A stretch of DNA of 63,800 bases, the filler included, from an uncultured Methanosarcinales archaeon (GTDB taxonomy: Archaea > Nanobdellota > Nanobdellia > Woesearchaeales > CAZKBD01): the NCBI GenBank assembly GCA_964550945.1. It is 3 parts of 3 records of this genome, joined end to end, with 100 filler letters (N's around TTAATTAATTAA, not from the genome) between each part and the next. Parts side by side here need not be neighbours in the genome. Positions count along the whole stretch, not along the records: positions 27,555 to 53,586 come from CAZKBD010000017.1; 2 more parts are not named here. The stretch is one strand, 5' to 3'. Below, piece after piece: positions 28,895-38,705 of this stretch. The stretch's first letter is position 1. Each line of letters opens with the position of its first letter. Made by a program: the position numbers and the translations under genes. The notes beneath the pieces were generated by a model. It worked only from the letters and a program-made list of their open reading frames with translations. It was not told where the DNA came from and made no database searches.

Positions 28895-30349
28895 TTGAGT
28901 ATAGATGGTGTTATATTGATGAACAAAAAACTGATTTTATTATTTATTGCTTTATCCTTACTTGCCTTGATAGCCCAGAATATCCATGCTGCAGAGGACG
29001 TTTTTAAGTTTGAAGATATCTTTGAGCCGCTGAAAGGCCTTGATATTCCAGCAGCGTATGGAAAATACCCTTATCTCATTGATTCCATCATTTATTTTAT
29101 ATTCTTTATTGGCATTGCCCAGCTTACCTTGGCCCAAAGATTTGCAGGCAGAGGAGGCAAAATTGTTATTATTGCCTTTGGCGTTGCTTTGTCAATAGCA
29201 ATGTCCTACTGGTCCAAATCAGTGGGCTTTAAATTAGGGAGTTTAGGGCCTTTGGCAGCAACTATATTTGCTGTTGCAGCCGCAATCCTTATCTGGCGCT
29301 TGTTTCATCACCAGGGCACTAAATTAGAAGCGGTTTGGATAGGATTTTTAGCTGTCTACCTTATGGTTCATATGTTTTTCCCGCAATTAATCACAGTATT
29401 CAAAGCCAATAAATATGGTAATATGGCTTACGGCATTTCACACTTGCTGTTTATCGTTGCAATTATAGCTGTTCTTTTCGGAATTGGTGGGATGCTAAGA
29501 AGAGGAAGCCCAGCTGATTTAGGCGGCGGCAATGTCTTAGGGCCAGGAACATCAAACTCACCAGTAGCTCCAGCAACACCAAGGCAAAGGAAAAGGAGAC
29601 TGCGCAACTTATTTAGTGGGATGAGGAGTGCCAAAGGAGCAGAAGGTGCAACTAGGAAAGCAGAAGAAGTAACAAAAAGTGTTGAAAAAAGCACAGTAGC
29701 AGAAATTAAGGGCGAAGAACAAATTCTTAAAATACTTGATAACCTTATTAAAGATCTCTTGCAGAGATTTCCAGACAGAAATTCACAGCAGATAACAATA
29801 CCTGATGAAGACCGCAAGAGAGTAGAGGGAGTTCTTGCAAAGGTTAGTCAATGGCTACAAGAGAGGGCTAATGATAGTAGGACAAGAAAGTTATTATTTG
29901 ACTTCAAGCATGAGCTAACTTATATTGGTGATCGTATCACAACATTAATTGGAGGAATATCTGACCCTCAGTTTCATCAAATTCTAAATCAACTAAAACA
30001 AGAAGGTAATGCTACAATAGCTAATCTTGAAAAATATGAATTCACACTTATTGAAAGAATTGGGGGGTTATCAAAATTAGAAGCCCAAACCTCGGCTTTT
30101 ATCAAAAAAATTATTACTAACATCGGAACCCTTATGATATCTCAGTCGATTGACTTATTAAGAAATGTGCAGGGTCACGTCACTTACTTACTAAATGAAG
30201 AGATAAACAATGAAAAATTAGAAGAAGAGATTGGGAGGAATCTAGAAAAATTGGACGAGGAGATAATAAAGATGTATAGTGGGCTAGCAAAGGAAGAAAA
30301 AAAGGAAGCTCAGGCAACAGACTATCTGTCTTACGAAGGTATGGAATAA
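28895..30349 (+). CDS. Multi-pass membrane protein with long C-terminal helical/coiled-coil region
   Basis: About six hydrophobic segments followed by a charged helical tail; start probably at MNKKL. Confidence 0.7.
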   Translation: MSIDGVILMNKKLILLFIALSLLALIAQNIHAAEDVFKFEDIFEPLKGLDIPAAYGKYPYLIDSIIYFIFFIGIAQLTLAQRFAGRGGKIVIIAFGVALSIAMSYWSKSVGFKLGSLGPLAATIFAVAAAILIWRLFHHQGTKLEAVWIGFLAVYLMVHMFFPQLITVFKANKYGNMAYGISHLLFIVAIIAVLFGIGGMLRRGSPADLGGGNVLGPGTSNSPVAPATPRQRKRRLRNLFSGMRSAKGAEGATRKAEEVTKSVEKSTVAEIKGEEQILKILDNLIKDLLQRFPDRNSQQITIPDEDRKRVEGVLAKVSQWLQERANDSRTRKLLFDFKHELTYIGDRITTLIGGISDPQFHQILNQLKQEGNATIANLEKYEFTLIERIGGLSKLEAQTSAFIKKIITNIGTLMISQSIDLLRNVQGHVTYLLNEEINNEKLEEEIGRNLEKLDEEIIKMYSGLAKEEKKEAQATDYLSYEGME

Positions 30350-30366
30350 TTGTAAGAAATTTTATG

Positions 30367-31770
30367 TCAGCATCTTGCAAGTTCATCAAGTCTTGTTTGC
30401 ATCTTTCTAATCTCATTATGGCATGCCTTTGATTGCAGGCCATCAGGGCATGTTTCAAGAGCTTGTTCAGCATATCTAATAGCTACGGTATAATGGTCTC
30501 TTGCCTCTTTTTTAAGGCCTTTTTCCATCAATATCCTAGCCTCTACCCCATAGGTTCCGGATAAATTATGGTACATGCATGCTAGGGACTCTTGTTCCAA
30601 TATTAACCCTTTTTTTTGGATTAAACCATCACAAGCCTCTCTTGCGTGTCTGATTCCATCCAAAGAATCAGTTTTGCAGCTTGACCAGCATAACCCATTA
30701 ACAGAAAGTACAAACAGCATGGCATCGGTTATTCCTCCTCCAACTTCATGCCCGATAATAAGCCTATACTCTTCTATTGCTTCTAAATAACTTTCTTGTT
30801 CTCTAAAGGTCTTTGCTCTCCCATAAGAGCCTATTTTTGCTGGGTTAGGTTGTTCACTTACAGTCTTTTTTACCAACTCTGGCTTTATTACTATTGCAGT
30901 CGCATCATCTCTTGCAGTCAGCTCTTCTTGTATCTCTTCTCTTGTGTGTTGGTCTTTGTATTGTCTGCAATAAAATTCAAGAACTTCCTGAGGGTTATGA
31001 GCACGCTCTACCAATCGTTGAGCAGTTGTATCTAACAGCTCAGATGTAATTATTTGCATTATCTCTCTTTGTGTTGCATAATCAAACACACCATCAGTAG
31101 CCATTAAAAGATAACTATATTTATTTGCTGGGAAAACACTAGTTTGAATTTCCAATTTTCCATTCACAATTCTCAAGGAGTCATCTTCTTCATTTTTAAT
31201 CACTTCTGTATCCCCTATGAAACAATCCAACCTATTCCTCGACCCATGAGTAAGTTGTTGTTCTTCAGTAAGACCATCTTCTATTGCCTGACTCTTCCAT
31301 GGAGACTGTTCTATGCTTAATTCCACATAATCGCCATTTTGAGTTATTCCGATTGTTTTGCTATCACCAACATGAGCTAACACAAATTTTTGTTGATTTT
31401 CTAAATAAACTAGAACTTCTAAAGTTGTTCCTCCTACTTCTTCTCTTGTATATTTGTGTTGTTTTGTTGGATTTTCAGTAAGATATTTTATATTTTCTTC
31501 ACAAAGTGCAGAATCAATCCTTCCTATCAAGGATCGTAGTGAGGCCTCAACATCTTGGACAGAAGCTGGATTCGAAAGCAATTCATCAAGTCCTGATGCC
31601 ATATTTCCAACAGCTTCCTCACTTCGCTCTCTTCCAAAATCACCCAAACCATCTGCAACAATAAAGAATCTTCTGGAAGGGTCAACATAATATCTATCTT
31701 GGCTGTAATTCTCATCACCATCTACATGTTTTCTGGCTGGTTTTGTGTCAATAAAAGCTTGAATTTCCAT
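30367..31770 (-). CDS. PP2C/PPM-family Ser/Thr phosphatase with C-terminal TPR-like region
   Basis: QDRY, VADGLG, GTT, HVGDS, MATDGV, DDATAIV; helical repeats at the C-terminus. Confidence 0.88.
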   Translation of the reverse strand: MEIQAFIDTKPARKHVDGDENYSQDRYYVDPSRRFFIVADGLGDFGRERSEEAVGNMASGLDELLSNPASVQDVEASLRSLIGRIDSALCEENIKYLTENPTKQHKYTREEVGGTTLEVLVYLENQQKFVLAHVGDSKTIGITQNGDYVELSIEQSPWKSQAIEDGLTEEQQLTHGSRNRLDCFIGDTEVIKNEEDDSLRIVNGKLEIQTSVFPANKYSYLLMATDGVFDYATQREIMQIITSELLDTTAQRLVERAHNPQEVLEFYCRQYKDQHTREEIQEELTARDDATAIVIKPELVKKTVSEQPNPAKIGSYGRAKTFREQESYLEAIEEYRLIIGHEVGGGITDAMLFVLSVNGLCWSSCKTDSLDGIRHAREACDGLIQKKGLILEQESLACMYHNLSGTYGVEARILMEKGLKKEARDHYTVAIRYAEQALETCPDGLQSKACHNEIRKMQTRLDELARC

Positions 31771-31988
31771 TTTACTCCATGTAACCGAACTTAGTTACCT
31801 ATTTTACAAAATCCTTTAACCACCTATTAAGGTCTTCAACTGCTTTTTGGTTCATTATTATATCACTTTACTCTTATGTCACAAGAACTATTATTTAAAT
31901 CTTTTCTTTTTTACTATTATATAGTAGCAAAATACATTCATCATTTGATGACTTATTGACATTTTGTGTTGGCATTTTTATTTACTTT

Positions 31989-33548
31989 TTATGGAAACAC
32001 AGACTTAAAAAAATTCCTCACACCTCTCTTAATTTTCTTTCCTACTTCTCTGCTGTGATAAGATTCTGAAGATTCTGAGGAACTAACACGCTGGTATGGT
32101 TTTGGATATTCTGATTTAGAAAGGGGTTCTGTTGTAACTTTTTGCTCTATTGATTCAGCCCTCTCTCGAGTAAGAGCAAAATTGCCATCACTCCAGTCCT
32201 CACCAGTTCCTGATGTCCTTGCAACATTAACCCAATAGTCTGAATCCTGGCCATACATGCTTGGATCAATAAACCAATCATAAGATGTGGCATCTTCGCT
32301 TGTATGATAAGTGGTTATCCTTCTTGATCTGTTCCAGTCACCTGGAATACCTTTCATCATTTGGATTTTAATAGAAGAGTCGACACGCTCATTGATTTTC
32401 CACCTGATTGTTTGAGTTGTTCCAAGTTGCCATACTTCACCACCATTTGGGCTTAGGACTGCATATGGTCCAGAACTTTCAGGCACTTTTTGAATAGGCG
32501 GTTGTTTTATATATTCACTATCTTTTTTTTGCCATACTTCAAATGATTTCCTTATTATCTCAGACTCCAAACCAAATTCATCAACTGCTTTTACAGCAAC
32601 AGCGTAATTTCCTACCGGCATATTTGTGACCAGCTGCCTGCCATGATTTATTCTATTCCATTTTCCTTCAGGACTTTGCATATAAACTGTAACATCATGG
32701 CCGTCGGGGTCTCTTGCATCTGTTGTAAGAAAGACTTGCTCGCCAACATCTACTCTCTCTTTATTTAACGATGCTGTAAGTGCAGGCCTCTGGTTTTGTT
32801 TGACCTGCACTGTAGCAGACTGAATTTTTGATTCAAGACCTTTTGAGTCTATTGCTTTCAAATATAGTGTATGGTTTCCTATTGACAATCCAGAAACGCT
32901 ATCTATCGCCTTAGTAGATAATGTCCATGCTCCATCATCAATTTTATAATAATGCCTCATCAAATCATTTGGATCTGAGAAAATAGCAGTAAATTGTAGT
33001 GATTCACCCTCAATTATAACCGCACCATATTTTACAACATTTGACTCTACAAACTCAGGAGGCATGTTCGGCATTTCTGTCAGAACAGGCGTTTGTCCTT
33101 CTTCTTTTGCTGATTTTATTCGTTCAGCATCTTTCTGTAAATCTGACTCTATGTTATTTGGTTCAGCTTGCACTTCTGGTATAGGCTGTTGGTAAACCGC
33201 TTGTTGTTGAGTTACCTGTGCTTTCGTTTCATAATCTCCTTTTTGATAACTATGCACTAGATAGATACTTGGTAAACCCACTGCCATTATTATTGTAAAC
33301 ATTATCGCATCTATCAAATTTGGATGCCTTCTTCCAAATTCATAACCTTTGTCATAATACTTTGAGCTAAGATTTGTTTTATGTAACATACCAGCCAAAG
33401 TAGGGGCATTATAAGAATAAGTTTGCTGCTGTATTGAAAGCAAAGGATTAATGTTTGCTTTTTTTTCTGGTAATAGTTTTCTGTCTATCTCCCTTACAAG
33501 TTGATTTGCAGTTCTAATATTTCCATCAATAATTTGTTCCAATTCCAT
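31989..33548 (-). CDS. Membrane-anchored protein with Ig-like beta-sandwich domains
   Basis: One TM; two repeats ending GNHTLYLKAIDSKGLES / GNYAVAVKAVDEFGLES; VLSPNGGEVWQLG domain. Confidence 0.7.
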   Translation of the reverse strand: MELEQIIDGNIRTANQLVREIDRKLLPEKKANINPLLSIQQQTYSYNAPTLAGMLHKTNLSSKYYDKGYEFGRRHPNLIDAIMFTIIMAVGLPSIYLVHSYQKGDYETKAQVTQQQAVYQQPIPEVQAEPNNIESDLQKDAERIKSAKEEGQTPVLTEMPNMPPEFVESNVVKYGAVIIEGESLQFTAIFSDPNDLMRHYYKIDDGAWTLSTKAIDSVSGLSIGNHTLYLKAIDSKGLESKIQSATVQVKQNQRPALTASLNKERVDVGEQVFLTTDARDPDGHDVTVYMQSPEGKWNRINHGRQLVTNMPVGNYAVAVKAVDEFGLESEIIRKSFEVWQKKDSEYIKQPPIQKVPESSGPYAVLSPNGGEVWQLGTTQTIRWKINERVDSSIKIQMMKGIPGDWNRSRRITTYHTSEDATSYDWFIDPSMYGQDSDYWVNVARTSGTGEDWSDGNFALTRERAESIEQKVTTEPLSKSEYPKPYQRVSSSESSESYHSREVGKKIKRGVRNFFKSVFP

Positions 33549-33561
33549 TATAATTGATCAC

Positions 33562-34338
33562 CTAACCACCAGGGCAACTATGACCATGAAGCAGCCCGGG
33601 CCATTCTCCTTTCGGAACATAATGTTCCCCGTTATAATTCCTTATAAATCGATTATACTCCCCAATTAATGTGTTAAAGTCTTGCCTAAAATCCTCAAGC
33701 GATGACTGCATGGATGAGACTGCAGATAGCGAATCTGTACCTGCTAATTTATCTGTTAATCTTTCTAGTCTAGCATCAACTTTTTTTTCTATATTTGCAA
33801 CACTATTTTCAATATATTTGACGAACCTTCTTATTGACCCGTTACAGCAATCATGGTATTCATGATTATACAAATCACTTTCAAGGTCATCCTGCATTTT
33901 ACGCAAGCTATCTTTAATATCTTCCAAACGCCCTTCATAGTGCGATATCCTTTCTTCTATTTCGCTTTTTTTCTTTTCTAATCTTCTTTCCTCTTCCCTT
34001 CTTCTTTGGTCTTCATATGGGCCTGTATGATGGTACCACGCATTGTTAAGTACGGTTCCTGCAAAAGGATCTGTTATTAGGTGCCATTTTTGATCGCCGT
34101 ATGTACTGAGGGGCACGGTTAGAGTTTGGCTTGGAGTATAGCTTTTTAGTTCTCCCTGCAGTTTGGAAACTTCTTCAGTTAGTCTCTGAATTGTAGACTC
34201 TTTGTTAGTCACCATCCTCGTTATTCCAGCTATTCGTTCATTGAATTCGTGCTTTGTCTGCTCATCATTGATCTGGCTAACCAGTTCCTGAGCTCTTCGT
34301 ATATTTTCTCGTATTATATCATCTAATTCCATTTTCAA
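33562..34338 (-). CDS. Coiled-coil protein
   Basis: Heptad-rich; first ~22 aa resemble those of 31989-33548. Confidence 0.65.
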   Translation of the reverse strand: MKMELDDIIRENIRRAQELVSQINDEQTKHEFNERIAGITRMVTNKESTIQRLTEEVSKLQGELKSYTPSQTLTVPLSTYGDQKWHLITDPFAGTVLNNAWYHHTGPYEDQRRREEERRLEKKKSEIEERISHYEGRLEDIKDSLRKMQDDLESDLYNHEYHDCCNGSIRRFVKYIENSVANIEKKVDARLERLTDKLAGTDSLSAVSSMQSSLEDFRQDFNTLIGEYNRFIRNYNGEHYVPKGEWPGLLHGHSCPGG

Positions 34339-35342
34339 GAGTAGAGAACCTCTGTTTGTTTAACCAATTGAAGCTCACCTAGGTAAGATTGCAGCCTTTC
34401 TTTCATTTGCTGAAGCCTTTCTTTCTTGCCACTAGCTTGTTGTGTGCTCACTTCACGAGAAATTTGCTCTAGCTCTTTTGTTATCCTTTGATTTCTTGCG
34501 TATAGAGCAGCTTGGATTCCTTGTTTTGCTTCCTGAACTGCTACTAATCCCTGATCGATTAATGGTTGAGTTTGTGGATTAGAGTAGAGAGCAGGATCTG
34601 ATTTATATTCCTCACATTCTCTTTTGTAATCATCTAATAATTGCATAGCTGCAGATAATCTAGCAATATCTTGCTCTTTAAGGTACTCAGCTTTAAATAA
34701 GGGGCTGGTTTGTGATCTTTGGCTTTTTGCTGTTTCAGGCAACTGCATTAACATATCTCTAATTGCAACTGGCATATATGCCTTTAGAAATTTAACTGCT
34801 TTTTGTTCTAAATTTCCCTCTTCTCCAATAATTGGATCTCTCTCTGAATTGCTAATCCTAGAATATGCTATACTTATCATTAGAACTGATTTAAGATCAT
34901 TTTTATCTTTTGCTTCTGTTAATAAGCGCCTTACCTCTACATTTTCTAACATATGCAAGTATGCCAAAGCAGATATATTTATTTGAGGATCAACGCTATA
35001 TCTTGGCTGTGATGTTATATCCTCTTTTTTTCCAACAGTTTTCTTTTTTAATCTTCTATTAAAATATTGAAGAGATTTTTCGAATGATAAGGTCAATAAA
35101 TCATCAGGCCTTGCTTTTGGAGTATACCCTAAAAGGTAATCGCTAATAACCAGCTCTGTTAAGGTTTTGCCATTTTTTACCGCAGCACTTAAGAAATCAT
35201 CTGAAAGATTATCAATAAAATAATCTAAAATTAATAAATCACTTATACATCTATTAAATTCGATATTTCTAGTTTTATGGGTAGTGTGTGCTAATATTGT
35301 TTCAATAATAGATACCAAGGATTCTGCATTTTCAGGTGCCAT
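34335..35342 (-). CDS. Hypothetical helical protein
   Basis: 335 aa, overlaps both neighbours, C-terminal coiled coil. Confidence 0.65.
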   Translation of the reverse strand: MAPENAESLVSIIETILAHTTHKTRNIEFNRCISDLLILDYFIDNLSDDFLSAAVKNGKTLTELVISDYLLGYTPKARPDDLLTLSFEKSLQYFNRRLKKKTVGKKEDITSQPRYSVDPQINISALAYLHMLENVEVRRLLTEAKDKNDLKSVLMISIAYSRISNSERDPIIGEEGNLEQKAVKFLKAYMPVAIRDMLMQLPETAKSQRSQTSPLFKAEYLKEQDIARLSAAMQLLDDYKRECEEYKSDPALYSNPQTQPLIDQGLVAVQEAKQGIQAALYARNQRITKELEQISREVSTQQASGKKERLQQMKERLQSYLGELQLVKQTEVLYS

Positions 35343-36033
35343 GATAGTACCTGTATTTTAATTCTGGAACTGATTCAAGTATATGTAAGGCATTGTACCC
35401 ATCTTTTGCTATATCCATCTTATAAGTAGACAATAAGCTGCTGACTGCAGCAACCCTTTCTCTCACTGATTTAGGAACATCTTTCAGGTTGGCTTCCCCT
35501 AATGGTAATGTCAATAAATTATTGCAAAGCACCAAAAGATTGTATTCCTCATTTCTCACTAGCATTCGCTGGTATGCAGCCAAATCAAAATCAAGAATCT
35601 GCTGGATTGTTTGCTCTAGTATAGAATCCAATGGTTTTCTTTCTGCTTGTGGTTGCCTTCTGTAAAGGGATCTTGTAAAAGAGACTACTTCAACCCTTAA
35701 AGAAGTTGTAACATAAGCAGTCCAAGCATTAAGGCCAATGGTTTGATCTTCAAGGAAGGTATAAATCCCTGTATCTCCATGTTTTGCAACATAAGAATCT
35801 GCCATCAAAAGCTTTTTAACAGTTTCTGGATTTGGATTTTTAAGGTATTCTCTTACTTTTTCTGGATCTAAATTCCCAAGAAAATTGTCCATTAGTAATA
35901 TTTCTCTTAGACCCAATCCTTCATATCCAGAGTCTGTTTTTGAAATTGTAGGGGTTAAAATAACAGTACTCTTGTTGTTTCTAGCACTGCCTCTTCTTCT
36001 TAATCTTTCAAGTACAATATCCATGGATATCAC
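35332..36033 (-). CDS. Hypothetical protein
   Basis: 233 aa; shares VLExLxRRGxAR and GLREIxL with 46076-47233. Confidence 0.65.
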   Translation of the reverse strand: MISMDIVLERLRRRGSARNNKSTVILTPTISKTDSGYEGLGLREILLMDNFLGNLDPEKVREYLKNPNPETVKKLLMADSYVAKHGDTGIYTFLEDQTIGLNAWTAYVTTSLRVEVVSFTRSLYRRQPQAERKPLDSILEQTIQQILDFDLAAYQRMLVRNEEYNLLVLCNNLLTLPLGEANLKDVPKSVRERVAAVSSLLSTYKMDIAKDGYNALHILESVPELKYRYYHGT

Positions 36034-36539
36034 CGTCTAAATTTAGAATTTCTCAACATCTAACCGAATTAATAAAGCTTATTTGAGAAAAAGCAGGTAA
36101 ATTTCGGGGGTGGCGGAAATGTTGCAGATTTTTTGCAGATATAGTTTAGCTATACATATTAGTCTACTACAAGTTCAATCAGATTATAGGGTGTTTTCTG
36201 TCCACTTATCTCTTCCTCTTCTGTTTTAATTATTAATGCAGCGTAATCTGATAATCTATCAGTAAGTTCCATCTCTAGTTCCCGCCCATCATTTGTCCTC
36301 GCTATAAAATGGACTTTGCAAGAATGGGGGATTAATGCCATTTCAAAGCGTGTTTGAATCTGTTGTGATATACTTCTATCCTGAGCATTGTATGCTTGAT
36401 TATATTCATCTGCTTCAGGATCAAGCAATTTTTGTACTACATCACTAACAGACTTCCCTAAATATACTTCATCAACTCTTTTTGCTAATACTCCTCCACA
36501 TTCACCATCTGGCCTCAGTTTAAATTCTAAAGTTACATA

Positions 36540-37642
36540 TAGATAACTGCACGGTTTAGGTGACAAAGTTTATATACTAGTTCCTTAAATATAGTAGATT
36601 GTGAGCCAAAAAGAGATAAATGACGGAAGATCATATTCGCATGAGATTTTAGAGAATTATAGATTTCGTGCCATAGAACTGTATAAAGAAGGTAAAAAGA
36701 TAAATGAGATTGCTTATTTCTTTGGGGTGCACAGAGGCAGTGTATCTCGGTGGATAACTACCTACAAGAGAGAAGGTAAAGAAAAACTAAAAAGCAAAAA
36801 AGCTCCTGGTCCATCGTGTAAATTAGTCAATGCCGAAATGGAGGAACTACTACAGGTACTTGAAGATGAAGCTACACAGCACGGATTTGAAACCCCACTG
36901 TGGACATGCAAAAGATTACAGCAGGTTATCTATAAGAAGACAGGCAAAAAACTCCATCCCACTAATGTTATGCGCTGGCTAAAACGCTGGAAGATAACAA
37001 ACCAGAAGCCAGAAAGGCAGGCAAAAGAGCGTGACGAAAAAGCAGTTAAAAAATGGCTGAAGGAAGAATGGCCAAAAATTAAGGAGCATACCCGTCGGTG
37101 GCAGGCTATTCTATACTTCCAAGATGAGTCTGGAGTCTCCCTCACCGCCGTCTTAGGAAAAAGATGGGCTCCACAAGGAAAAACTCCGATTGTCAAAGTT
37201 ACTGGAAAAAGAGGAGGTTTATGTGTAACCTCTGCAATCAGTCCCGCTGGAAAGATGGTTTTTAGAATTGAAAAAAAGAAAGTGAATGCAGATAAGCATA
37301 TTGAGTTCTTAAAACAAATATTAAAGCATCATGGAAAAAGAAAAATAATTGTGATAGAAGATCGTGCGCCCCCTCACAGAGCAAAAAAGGTAGATAGGTT
37401 TGTTGAAGAAAATGATAGGAGACTAGCAGTATACCGCCTACCTTCCTATGCGCCCGAACTAAACCCAGATGAACATGTATGGGAATACTTAAAGGCATAC
37501 CAGCTGAAATCCCATCAAGCGCAAACTACCGATGAACTAAAGAAGCTTGTAAAGAAAAAGATGCAGAGTATACAGCGGAAGAAGGGATTGGTTAACTCTT
37601 TCTTTATTGGGACTTATGTAACCTAAGCTATGCAGTTATCTA
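36540..37642 (+). mobile_element. IS630-family insertion sequence (1103 bp)
   Basis: Terminal IRs TAGATAACTGCAcgGtTTAGGT / TAGATAACTGCAtaGcTTAGGT; TA target duplication at 36538-36539 and 37643-37644. Confidence 0.93.
36601..37626 (+). CDS. IS630 transposase
   Basis: N-terminal HTH, FQDESG, EDRAPPH, LPSYAPELNPDEHVW (DDE). Confidence 0.95.
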   Translation: MSQKEINDGRSYSHEILENYRFRAIELYKEGKKINEIAYFFGVHRGSVSRWITTYKREGKEKLKSKKAPGPSCKLVNAEMEELLQVLEDEATQHGFETPLWTCKRLQQVIYKKTGKKLHPTNVMRWLKRWKITNQKPERQAKERDEKAVKKWLKEEWPKIKEHTRRWQAILYFQDESGVSLTAVLGKRWAPQGKTPIVKVTGKRGGLCVTSAISPAGKMVFRIEKKKVNADKHIEFLKQILKHHGKRKIIVIEDRAPPHRAKKVDRFVEENDRRLAVYRLPSYAPELNPDEHVWEYLKAYQLKSHQAQTTDELKKLVKKKMQSIQRKKGLVNSFFIGTYVT

Positions 37643-37660
37643 TACATGGGGTTTGCCATA

Positions 37661-37781
37661 TTTACATCCCTCCATAAATTTGTTGATTTTTTGAAAACAA
37701 ATTCCTTTAATAAGGCTTATGGTAAAAAAAGGCTTGAATTTCCGTTGGTGTTGGAAAAAATTAGTGAAAAGTCGGAAAAGT
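37661..37781 (-). promoter_or_regulatory. Upstream region of the Ubl paralogue, duplicate of 45180-45300
   Basis: 72 bp identical (37661-37732 = 45180-45251), then the GAATTTCCG...TCGGAAAA motif. Confidence 0.85.
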
Positions 37782-37816
37782 AACGAATAGCAATCAGAAG
37801 CTATATAAACTCTATA

Positions 37817-38593
37817 ATGATTCTCAACATTAAAAAAATGGATGAATTGTTGAGGATATTAAAAACAAGACGAACAGCAGATTCAGAAAGATATTCAAAA
37901 AGGGCTTCCTCGGTTGAAGCTTGGAGAGATTATTGGAACAATAAAAATCATAGAACAGCCATTTCTGGTATAGACGGAAAACTTTACAGTGCATATAACT
38001 GGATTGACGGGAGGGAAATAAGAATGTTCTGTATGCCAGGGGTAGACGAGAGAGTCATACCTTATGTAGAAGCAGGAATTCAAGATATGGTTCAACAGAT
38101 AGGATTGGATTTCTCAATGAATTATTATGGTTCTCATGTTTCTGCAGTAGAGCAGGTTAAACAATCTGCAAGAAAAGATGGAACTATTGATGGACATAAA
38201 CTTTTAAAGATACTTATTGCAGAAACTTGGAGGAATCCTAGCTATGGAGGAAGGCCTCATGCTGATGTGATGATAATTGACAGATTTCTAGCGAGTGGAG
38301 ACGAAAATTGGGGGCAATCAGAATTTTCCGAAGGTTATATGATTTTGGCTTTACCTAATACTAGGCAAAGGTCTTTTGAGTTTATAAGAAACATTTCAAA
38401 ACATGAAACTGGACATTTATTTGGTCTTGGAGAGCACCATGACACAACTAATGTGGATGGTTACAGGCATGTTCCAAAGTGTAATATGTTATGGGAAGTA
38501 CCTATAGATTATACGTGTGATAAATGTGCTGATGCAATAACTTATTTTTGGAGAGGAATTGAAACTAGGACAGGAGAAAAGTTCTTCAGATGA
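37817..38593 (+). CDS. Zinc metalloprotease (metzincin/archaemetzincin-like)
   Basis: HETGHLFGLGEH followed by CNM and CDKC. Confidence 0.75.
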   Translation: MILNIKKMDELLRILKTRRTADSERYSKRASSVEAWRDYWNNKNHRTAISGIDGKLYSAYNWIDGREIRMFCMPGVDERVIPYVEAGIQDMVQQIGLDFSMNYYGSHVSAVEQVKQSARKDGTIDGHKLLKILIAETWRNPSYGGRPHADVMIIDRFLASGDENWGQSEFSEGYMILALPNTRQRSFEFIRNISKHETGHLFGLGEHHDTTNVDGYRHVPKCNMLWEVPIDYTCDKCADAITYFWRGIETRTGEKFFR

Positions 38594-38705
38594 ACGATTC
38601 TTTCCAGTTACCACTTACAATTTATTATTAAACAAATTGTTAAGAAGGGCATCACCTGATTTTATATCTGTAAGTGCTCCTTAGTATAGTATTGAACAAC
38701 ATATA

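Larger units (their letters stand above)
36159..37659 (-). pseudogene. Ubiquitin-like paralogue lacking the C-terminal GG, interrupted in codon 6 by IS630
   Basis: Removing the IS and one TA restores MANPMYVTLEFKL...RLSDY...PYNLIELVVD*, about half identical by eye to 44708-45178. Confidence 0.88.

Noticed and set aside
31781..31798. GTAAC-N8-GTTAC upstream of the PP2C gene
   Set aside because: Single copy with half-sites in the opposite orientation to the 16202-16252 pair; too weak to link
36159..36566. ORF-track protein starting MSPKPCSYL
   Set aside because: The first residues come from the IS630 left end; the true start is ATG 37659 beyond the IS
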